A DNA stretch of 23,356 bases, from positions 1 through 23,356 of the forward strand of contig JBHICG010000057.1 of assembly GCA_046759445.1 (NCBI GenBank), given 5' to 3'. The notes beneath the pieces were generated by a model that was not told where the DNA came from, did not search any database, and saw only the letters and a list, made by a program, of their open reading frames with translations. This document shows, piece by piece, positions 15,972 to 23,356 of the stretch (position 1 is its first letter; each line of letters starts with the position of its first letter). The position numbers were made by a program, and so were the translations under genes. Source of the DNA: Candidatus Scalinduaceae bacterium. Its GTDB lineage: Bacteria > Planctomycetota > Brocadiia > Brocadiales > Scalinduaceae.

Positions 15972-17324
15972 TCACTCCGTAACAAATGCTATTGATTCGT
16001 ATATGATATCCAACAACTTATTCAATTGAGAAATATCAATGCTTAAGGGTGGCATTACGACTATTACATCATCTAATGGTCTGATAATCAAGCCACGTTG
16101 TTTTGCTTCGGAACAGACTTTAATTCCGATCTTTTCATCCATTGGGTAAGGTTCTTTCCTTTCCCTATTTTTTACCAGCTCTAAGCCGGCAATGAGACCA
16201 CATTGTCTTATGTCGCCTACTGCGTTCAGATTTCTAAATTCTTCAAGCCGCTTTTGCAAGGTCTTGATCTTTGGATGGAGCCCTTCAATAACTCTGTCAT
16301 TCTCAAATATATTAAGACTTGCTAGAGCCGCTGAACAGGCTAATTGGTTGCCCGTATATGTATGTCCATGGAAAAAGGTTTTCATCTCACTATATTCACC
16401 AATAAATGCATTATAGATTTCTTCCGTGGTTAGTGTGGCTGCCAAAGGCATGTAACCTCCATTTATGCCTTTAGAAAGTGCCATAATATCAGGAGTCACA
16501 TCTTCATGGAGGCATGCAAACATCTTTCCTGTACGACCAAAACCAACCATTATCTCATCCTCAATAAATAGGACGTTATATTTCCGGCATAACTCCTTTG
16601 CAGAGGATAAATAATCTTTAGGATGAACAATCATACCTCCGGCACCCTGAACAAGTGGTTCCATGACCATGGCAGCTATAGAATCACTATTTTTTGATAG
16701 AATGCCCTCTAAATCTGACAAACACTCGAAGGAACATCTTGTTTTATCTTTATCATATGGACATCTATAACAAAAAGGCGCTGGTGCAAATATAGAATCA
16801 AATAAAAGCGGTCTGAAAATAGTATGAAATACATCCATACCACCTAAGCTAACGGCCCCTAAAGTGTCTCCGTGATATCCGTATTGCAACGCTACAAATT
16901 TTTTCTTTTCTTTGTAGCCCTTGTGTTGCCAGTATTGAAATGCCATCTTTAAAGCAACCTCAATAGCCGTGGATCCATTATCAGAATAAAACACTTTGGT
17001 AAGCCTGCCAGGAGTTATCTCAACTAATCTTTTTGCCAACATAATCGCCGGTACATTTGAAAAACCAAGCAAGGTCGTATGGGCAATTTTTTTTAGTTGA
17101 TTGTTTATGGCATCATCAATCTCTTTTCTTCGATGACCATGTATATTGCACCACATTGAAGAAATACCGTCGATATACTCTTTACCATCAACGTCTCTTA
17201 ATATAACGCCTTCCCCATTTTCTATAATTACGGGTTTTGCATTTACATAGTCTTTCATCTGTGTAAATGGGTGCCATAAGTATTTTTTATCCCAGGAAAA
17301 TAAAATTTCTTTTGTAATTTCCAT
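15972..17324 (-). CDS. bioA: Adenosylmethionine-8-amino-7-oxononanoate aminotransferase (alternative start 17432)
   Basis: WHPFTQM, DGISSMWCNIHGH, SDNGSTAIEVALKMA, YHGDT, DEIMVGFGRTG, FFHGHTYTGN; recognisable homology starts at MEITKE (17324). Confidence 0.95.
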   Translation of the reverse strand: MEITKEILFSWDKKYLWHPFTQMKDYVNAKPVIIENGEGVILRDVDGKEYIDGISSMWCNIHGHRRKEIDDAINNQLKKIAHTTLLGFSNVPAIMLAKRLVEITPGRLTKVFYSDNGSTAIEVALKMAFQYWQHKGYKEKKKFVALQYGYHGDTLGAVSLGGMDVFHTIFRPLLFDSIFAPAPFCYRCPYDKDKTRCSFECLSDLEGILSKNSDSIAAMVMEPLVQGAGGMIVHPKDYLSSAKELCRKYNVLFIEDEIMVGFGRTGKMFACLHEDVTPDIMALSKGINGGYMPLAATLTTEEIYNAFIGEYSEMKTFFHGHTYTGNQLACSAALASLNIFENDRVIEGLHPKIKTLQKRLEEFRNLNAVGDIRQCGLIAGLELVKNRERKEPYPMDEKIGIKVCSEAKQRGLIIRPLDDVIVVMPPLSIDISQLNKLLDIIYESIAFVTE

Positions 17325-17424
17325 ACCAGCTTCTTCACGGATAGCCAGCGTGCCGCCACGGTGCAAATCCTCTTCCTTATCAGATGTCGCACTGGTAGCT
17401 GAGCAAGCAAAATTATTTATATTT

Positions 17425-18228
17425 TCATCCATAACCTAAAACCAACTTATCTCCCTTTTTAAGATTTAAAACATTCTTAGCGTTACCATGATTTACTGAT
17501 ATCTCTAAATAGCCAGAACTTCCAAATATTGCTACTACCTCTTTTTCCCCCACATCAGCATAAGAGTTACTAATCTTGTTAAGCTTTTTCCTGCCTACTA
17601 TAATTGCCAGTTTACCGGATTTTTCCCTCAATCTGCTAAAGATGTCTCTGTTTATGTTAGTAATAAGATTGCCAAAACCATCCACATATATAATTTCACC
17701 CTTTAACACACCGCCAGGTGACCGAATAGGCTTAGATAAATCAATCTCCTTTATCTTGCCCGCCCTCTTGCCTAAGTCCTTATAACTAAGTCCATTGGAC
17801 AAATGCGCTGCGATGGGGGCAAAGATATCTCTCCCATGAAAAGTATTACTAATTTTTGGCAAGAATAATTCCTTGTTGGTAACCTCTCTTATAGAGGGAG
17901 ATTTCTCCCTGGCAATAATAAATGAAAGAACGCCGTTGTCAGGGGCAAGGAATAAATAGTCCTTTGTTTTCAAACATATTATTTTTCTCCTGCTTCCCAC
18001 TCCTGGATCAACTACAACGACATGGATTGTGCCTTTAGGAAAATATGCAAAAGAATCATTAAGTACGCAAGCAGCTTGAAATATATCTTGGGGTTCGATG
18101 CTATTACTGATGTCAATTATCCTCACTGATGGATTAATTTTCACCATTACGCCCTTCATTACGCCTACATATCCATCTTGTAGACCAAAATCAGTAATAA
18201 GAGTTATTATGGGTTGTATTTTTGACAT
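17425..18228 (-). CDS. SAM hydroxide adenosyltransferase (DUF62, halogenase-like family)
   Basis: TDFG, VVDPGVGS.R, APDNG, TFHGRDIFAP, D.FGN and GYLEI motifs. Confidence 0.9.
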   Translation of the reverse strand: MSKIQPIITLITDFGLQDGYVGVMKGVMVKINPSVRIIDISNSIEPQDIFQAACVLNDSFAYFPKGTIHVVVVDPGVGSRRKIICLKTKDYLFLAPDNGVLSFIIAREKSPSIREVTNKELFLPKISNTFHGRDIFAPIAAHLSNGLSYKDLGKRAGKIKEIDLSKPIRSPGGVLKGEIIYVDGFGNLITNINRDIFSRLREKSGKLAIIVGRKKLNKISNSYADVGEKEVVAIFGSSGYLEISVNHGNAKNVLNLKKGDKLVLGYG

Positions 18229-18267
18229 ATAAGATTTTTAACTAGATGGTATAGGAATTCTCATTTT

Positions 18268-18350
18268 GGACACAGATAAATACAGATTTTCATGATAAAG
18301 ATATTAGGAAACTATCAATTGTCTGCTTATATCTGAGGAAATCTGTGTCC
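18268..18350. repeat. Decamer-periodic inverted repeat element
   Basis: GGACACAGAT (18268-18277) / ATCTGTGTCC (18341-18350), with CAGAT / ATCTG recurring at 10-bp spacing. Confidence 0.65.
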
Positions 18351-18375
18351 TATTTAATTTAAATCCAAAATGTTA

Positions 18376-19497
18376 TCAAAAAACACCAACAATAGGAATC
18401 CTGGCGCCACATTTTGTACAGATTCCGTTCTTAATTTCAAACGTTTTAACATAATAGCCAACTCTTTCAATCAACATTTCTCCGCAACTATAGCAATAAG
18501 TATTTTCCCACTTATGTCCAGGAACATTTCCCGTATAAACAAATTTAAGCCCTTCTTCAATCCCTATTTTTCTTGCTAATTCTAATGTAGAAACCGGAGT
18601 CGGTGGCACATGTGATAATTCAAGATATGGATAAAACCTGCTCAAATGCCATGGTGTCTCATCTCCAAGATATTGCACTATCCATCTGGCAATTTCATGT
18701 AATTCTTCAGCACCATCATTATAACCGGGCACTACATTAGTTATAATCTCCACGTGCATATCCCACTTTGATTTTGCTCTAATTGCTGCATCCAAAATCG
18801 GTTTTATATTCTTTATATTTGCAGCATCTCTATAAAAACAGTGTCTTGAATCCTGTAGTTTCGCACTACCCTTAGTGCCAGTCTCTGAAGTCTCATCCAT
18901 TTTGTAACCATTAAAGCCTTTTATGTCTACTCTGTAAGCATCTAAATAAGGACCAATTGCATCCAACGCTTCTAGTTCAATGTAGCCGTTAGTCACAAAG
19001 ACAGTGTAAAGCTTTTCTTCTTTTGCTAGTTTTGCACCGTCAATTGCATACTCCATCCATATAGTCGGCTCATTATAAGTCCACGATATACCCTTGCACT
19101 TATTTTCCAGAGTTAGATTTATCAATTCTTCTGGAGAAATATATGTTGTATCTCTGTCGCTGCTATCAGCTCTGGAATGCGCAATCTGCCAATTCTGGCA
19201 ATGACGACATCGCATATTACAGCCTAGAGAACCTATTGAATAAGTGTAACTGCCCGGGTAAAAATGGTATAAAGGTTTTTTTTCTATCGCATCAGCACAT
19301 GCAGATGAAACTTTTCCGTAAATCAAGGAATAAAGTTTTCCACCAATGTTTTTCCTTACCCCGCAATATCCTAATTTACCATTTGCAATCACACATTTAT
19401 GAGGACACAAGTAACAACTGACTTTGCTTCCGTCTTCTGTATTATAAAACAATGCTTCGTGTTCCATTTCTTCCTTTTTTAAGATTACTGGCTGCAT
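18376..19497 (-). CDS. amrS: AmmeMemoRadiSam system radical SAM enzyme (start may be slightly downstream)
   Basis: CYLCPHKC..G.CGVR, IEKKPLYHF.PG, CNMRCRHC (CxxxCxxC), TYNEP, HLSRFYP and a C-terminal CxxC...CxxC. Confidence 0.9.
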   Translation of the reverse strand: MQPVILKKEEMEHEALFYNTEDGSKVSCYLCPHKCVIANGKLGYCGVRKNIGGKLYSLIYGKVSSACADAIEKKPLYHFYPGSYTYSIGSLGCNMRCRHCQNWQIAHSRADSSDRDTTYISPEELINLTLENKCKGISWTYNEPTIWMEYAIDGAKLAKEEKLYTVFVTNGYIELEALDAIGPYLDAYRVDIKGFNGYKMDETSETGTKGSAKLQDSRHCFYRDAANIKNIKPILDAAIRAKSKWDMHVEIITNVVPGYNDGAEELHEIARWIVQYLGDETPWHLSRFYPYLELSHVPPTPVSTLELARKIGIEEGLKFVYTGNVPGHKWENTYCYSCGEMLIERVGYYVKTFEIKNGICTKCGARIPIVGVF

Positions 19498-19605
19498 TAC
19501 CTTAGCTCATGTATTTATAAATATGGTTACGTATTGGTCTTTCAAGTAAGAGATTCTTAGTCTCAGGATAAGCTCCGAGAGTTTCAGTATCATGATACTC
19601 GATTT

Positions 19606-19974
19606 TTACGTTAATACCCTTCCATAATCATCTTCTAATCGAATAATATCATCTTCTCCAAAATATTCACCAAGTTGTATCTCAATAAATACCAATTGCC
19701 CTTTACCTTTATTGGCTATACGGTGCGCTGCCTCCTGAGGTATATCTATTGCTTCTCCTTTCTCAAGATAAATCTCTTTATCATCTAGGATTACTAAAGC
19801 CTTGCCCTCAACTACCATCCAGTGTTCATTTCTCTTAAAGTGTTTCTGATAACTAAGTCTTTTTCCCGGTAGCACAGTTATCCTCTTTACTTTGTAATTT
19901 GGCTCGTCCAATAACACCTCCCACCTACCCCATGGAGGGCTTGCCTTTCTCTCATCTGACTCTGGTGTCTTCAT
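19606..19974 (-). CDS. Mannose-6-phosphate isomerase type II C-terminal cupin protein
   Basis: PWG, YKVKRI.V.PG.RLSYQ.H..R.EHW, EIQ.GEY.GEDDI.RLEDDYGR. Confidence 0.9.
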   Translation of the reverse strand: MKTPESDERKASPPWGRWEVLLDEPNYKVKRITVLPGKRLSYQKHFKRNEHWMVVEGKALVILDDKEIYLEKGEAIDIPQEAAHRIANKGKGQLVFIEIQLGEYFGEDDIIRLEDDYGRVLT

Positions 19975-20267
19975 TCTCTTTTATACACCCCTTCTTAACA
20001 TTTGTCTACTATGCCGTTGATATTATACATTCATTCAGTCCTTCTTACATTTATGTCCCTTTTTTTTCTGAATCATTTTTCTTAATATTATAATTTATAA
20101 CATATTCAGCCGCAAACTAAATGATAAAAAAAATCATTATACTAAACACATAATAAGGAAGGTTTCAGATAATAGACAAATAATAGTTAGTGTGAGATTA
20201 TTCTTTTGCATGCCAATACGCCTTTTCCTTTTGAGTTGCCCTTACAATAGTAGATTTTAAATCTTTT

Positions 20268-21944
20268 CTATCTCGTATATGATTGTGCAAGTGGCATCCG
20301 TCTGCCTGTTCCGAATGCCTTCGTAGTGACCTTGAGTCCCGGAGCGGCCTGTTTTCTTTTATACTCATTCTTATCAACCTTTTTAATAATATCTCGAACA
20401 AGTGATTCATCATACCCCAGAGCTACAATATCATCTATATCCTTAGATTCTTCTATATAAGCCTTTAATATACCGTCCAGAATATCGTATGGTGGTAATG
20501 AATCCTGATCTTTCTGATTCGGTCTTAATTCGGCCGATGGTGGTTTTTTAATTGTACTAATTGGAATGATTTCACTTCTGAGGTTGATGTATCTGGCCAG
20601 ATCATAGACCATAGTCTTTGGAATATCAGATATTACTGCTAGTCCCCCACACATATCACCATATAATGTGCAGTATCCAACAGAGAGTTCAGACTTATTC
20701 CCAGTTGTCAACACCATGTATCCATACTTATTTGAAATGGCCATCAGTATCTTACCCCTTATCCTTGCCTGTAAGTTCTCTTCTGTAACATCAAATGGAA
20801 GTCCCGCAAATACCCCACTCATAGCCTTCATATATGTATTGTATATGGCCTTTATTGGTATAATTTTGCACTCAATTCCAAGTCTCTCAGCAAGCACTTT
20901 TGAATCCTCTATGCTGCTCTTTGATGAAAAGCTTGATGGCATGGTAACACCAAGCACGTTATTTTCCCCAAGCGCCTTTACGGCAATTACAGCCGTTACA
21001 GCAGAATCTATGCCCCCACTGAGGCCAATTACGGCCTTTTTGAATCCACACTTTTTAACATAATCTCGTGTACCCAAGATCAACGCCTTGTATACTGAGT
21101 CAATTTCATTTTCGCTAACAACGCTTTGACTCCTCCTTCTGACTGACGCCAATTTGTCTTCCACTACACTTACGTCAGAATCCCTGAACTCAACCGTCAG
21201 CAAGTCTTCTTCAAAGGCTGAGGCTTCACCCACAACAACTCCTTTTTTATTAATAACCATACTGTTACCATCGAAAACTAAATCATCATTACCGCCAACT
21301 TGATTCACATAGATAAGCGGTACATTGTTCTTTTCTGCATGGTCCGTCAACATCTTCACTCTTACATCCTGTTTGCCAATAGTAAAAGGTGAAGCTGAAA
21401 TATTTATAATAATTTTTGCACCTTGATTTATCATACTTTTAATGGGGTCTTTATGGTAAATCGTTCTTGGCCAAATCACGTCTGCTCCCCAAGTATCCTC
21501 ACAAATAGAAATACCGAATCTTTTACCAGATATTATTGCTAAAGAAATAACATGAGCTGGCTCAAAGTATCTATCCTCATCGAACACGTCATAAGTAGGT
21601 AATAGAGATTTATAATGCTTAGATATAATTTTTTTGTTATTTATGTATGCTGCCGCATTATAAAGAGGTTTGCCACGCTCAGCCAAATTCCTGTCGACAA
21701 AACCCACAATAGCCGTAATTCCAGTGACATCATTTCTTATTTCCTCCAATGCCTTTAGATTACTATCCACAAATCTGGAAATTTCTAAAAAGTCCCTTGG
21801 AGGATAACCCATAATACACATCTCCGGAAATACAACCAAATCAGCCTTCCTCTTCCTAGCTATGTTTATGAACCGGCATATCTTCCTTACGTTCTGCTTA
21901 AAGGCTCCAACAGTAGGATTTATTTGAGCTAAGCAAATCTTCAT
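20268..21944 (-). CDS. nadE: Glutamine-dependent NAD+ synthetase
   Basis: N-terminal nitrilase domain (AQINP, FPE, ICED) plus SGGIDS, ENLQARIRG, TTGNKSE, PSAELRP; start placed at MKICL (21944) behind GGAGG. Confidence 0.95.
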   Translation of the reverse strand: MKICLAQINPTVGAFKQNVRKICRFINIARKRKADLVVFPEMCIMGYPPRDFLEISRFVDSNLKALEEIRNDVTGITAIVGFVDRNLAERGKPLYNAAAYINNKKIISKHYKSLLPTYDVFDEDRYFEPAHVISLAIISGKRFGISICEDTWGADVIWPRTIYHKDPIKSMINQGAKIIINISASPFTIGKQDVRVKMLTDHAEKNNVPLIYVNQVGGNDDLVFDGNSMVINKKGVVVGEASAFEEDLLTVEFRDSDVSVVEDKLASVRRRSQSVVSENEIDSVYKALILGTRDYVKKCGFKKAVIGLSGGIDSAVTAVIAVKALGENNVLGVTMPSSFSSKSSIEDSKVLAERLGIECKIIPIKAIYNTYMKAMSGVFAGLPFDVTEENLQARIRGKILMAISNKYGYMVLTTGNKSELSVGYCTLYGDMCGGLAVISDIPKTMVYDLARYINLRSEIIPISTIKKPPSAELRPNQKDQDSLPPYDILDGILKAYIEESKDIDDIVALGYDESLVRDIIKKVDKNEYKRKQAAPGLKVTTKAFGTGRRMPLAQSYTR

Positions 21945-22070
21945 AAATAAATTATCCTCCATACATTTACACTTAATCGATAAGCATTTAATAGTATAAT
22001 TCGATATAGAAATCAATAAAATTTGGCAATTTTCATAAATAGTTGATAATATGTCATTTGATATTGCTCG

Positions 22071-22168
22071 CCCTGTTAGATAACTATGATATCAGTATTT
22101 GTGTGTTACACAGTGAAAAAAAGATAATAATTTTTATTAGCATTGATTATAAAATATATCTAACAGGG
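22071..22168. repeat. 12-bp inverted repeat enclosing 74 bp of AT-rich sequence
   Basis: CCCTGTTAGATA (22071-22082) / TATCTAACAGGG (22157-22168), perfect. Confidence 0.65.
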
Positions 22169-22271
22169 TAAAGAATCTCGTGCTTCGGATTTTGGTATTT
22201 ACGTGCAATTCGTTAAATTGGCTTAATAATGTCGTACCACTATCTCTTAATCCAATCGAAAAATCATCAAA

Positions 22272-23285
22272 ATGCATTCAATGCGGGTAGTAAAATTAAG
22301 TGCCTTATTTATTATCATTTTTGTTCTATGGTTTCTCATGCTTCGAATTCCAGGTAAGACATATCACGGCCCATTTCCACCATTGACAGAAGAACAAAAG
22401 CTAATACGTGACCAATTGCTAAAAGATGTGACCAAGTTAGCCGGGGAGATTGGTGACCGTAACGTAAGCACTGAATATAAGAATCTTTGCAAGGCAGCGG
22501 ATTTTATTGAGGGATCGCTCGTGGAAGCTGGTTATAAGGTCTTTCGGCAAGGTTACGAAACGAGTCTGTATGGTCTCAAAGGACGAGAGTGTTATAATCT
22601 GGAAGTTGAGATTACGGGTTCGGAGAAATCAGATGAAATTGTCGTAATAGGGGCACATTATGATTCACTCGAAGGTACACCAGGAGCCAATGATAATGCT
22701 TCTGGTGTCGCTGCCCTGCTATCGCTTGCACGTGCATTTGCTGATAAAAAAACCGTACGAACTCTCAGATTTGTTTCATTTACCAACGAGGAACCCCCTT
22801 ATTTTCTGAGTGATGATATGGGAAGCTTTGTTTATGCCAGAAGGTGTCGTGAGCGTAACGAAAACATCGTGGCCATGGTCAGTTTGGAAACCATTGGTTA
22901 TTATACAGATGAAAAAGAAAGTCAGGGTTACCCTTTAGGATTGATGAGCCTTGTATATCCAACTACTGGAAATTTTATTGCGTTTGTTGGCAATATGAAA
23001 TCACGTAAACTCGTGAGAGATGTGGTAGGCTTGTTTCGTCAGTATGCAAAATTCCCATCAGAGGCAGCCTTTTTACCGGAGCATATAATTGGTGTGGCCT
23101 GGTCAGATCAATGGTCGTTCTGGCGCAATGGATATCCAGGTATAATGGTTACCGATACAGCACCTTTCCGCTATCCCTATTATCATTCCCATGAAGATAC
23201 TCCTGAGAAGATTGATTACGATCGGCTTGCCTATTTGGTTAGTATACTGGAAATAGTTGTGGCAAGACTTGCGGCATCCGATTAA
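22272..23285 (+). CDS. M28 family metallopeptidase, N-terminally anchored
   Basis: GAHYDS, PGANDNASG, NEEPP, SLETIG and YYHS.EDT zinc-ligand motifs; N-terminal hydrophobic helix. Confidence 0.9.
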   Translation: MHSMRVVKLSALFIIIFVLWFLMLRIPGKTYHGPFPPLTEEQKLIRDQLLKDVTKLAGEIGDRNVSTEYKNLCKAADFIEGSLVEAGYKVFRQGYETSLYGLKGRECYNLEVEITGSEKSDEIVVIGAHYDSLEGTPGANDNASGVAALLSLARAFADKKTVRTLRFVSFTNEEPPYFLSDDMGSFVYARRCRERNENIVAMVSLETIGYYTDEKESQGYPLGLMSLVYPTTGNFIAFVGNMKSRKLVRDVVGLFRQYAKFPSEAAFLPEHIIGVAWSDQWSFWRNGYPGIMVTDTAPFRYPYYHSHEDTPEKIDYDRLAYLVSILEIVVARLAASD

Positions 23286-23356
23286 TGCATACGTGCATTG
23301 CTTAATGCATACGTGCATTGCTTAATGCATACGTGCATTGCTTAATGCATACGTGC
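23282..23356. repeat. 20-bp perfect tandem repeat, 3.75 copies, running off the window end
   Basis: Unit TTAATGCATACGTGCATTGC at 23282, 23302, 23322 and partial 23342; internal palindrome AATGCA-TACG-TGCATT. Confidence 0.95.

Noticed and set aside
17425..18228. Fluorinase or chlorinase
   Set aside because: DPGVGS.R and TFHGRD match the hydrolase (DUF62) type, and the context is housekeeping.
21945..22016. ORF-track N-terminal extension of nadE
   Set aside because: Homology starts at MKICLAQ and GGAGG lies within this interval.
1084..23318. Short antisense or overlapping ORFs in the track (e.g. 1084-1296, 7633-8004, 13206-13550, 15067-15372, 15451-15840, 20668-21063)
   Set aside because: They are shadows of well-supported genes and show no recognisable motifs.
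23282..23356. CRISPR array
   Set aside because: Units are contiguous with no unique spacers, and no cas genes are present.

Overview
AT-rich bacterial window, probably a whole contig because both ends fall in repeats. Gene content and repeat style suggest an anammox-type planctomycete (inference only). The left half (417-11338, + strand) is an accessory type IV pilus minor-pilin locus: fimT-pilV-pilW-pilX1, then a Wzx-like flippase and a GT2 glycosyltransferase, pilX2, an intact IS (6-bp target duplication) and pilX3. The three PilX paralogs share a ~60-aa pilin N-terminus but carry three unrelated ~370-500 aa C-terminal domains, and no pilY1 is present. The locus plus tatA is bracketed by two 143-bp near-identical inverted copies of a REP-containing MITE. 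Three sigma-54-type (-24/-12) motifs precede fimT, the flippase and a secreted NHL-repeat protein. The right half is mostly housekeeping on the minus strand (polyprenyl synthase, bioD, bioA, SAM hydroxide adenosyltransferase, amrS, cupin, nadE), followed by a + strand M28 peptidase. Several different small palindromic elements occupy the intergenic gaps, and a 20-bp tandem repeat runs off the right end.
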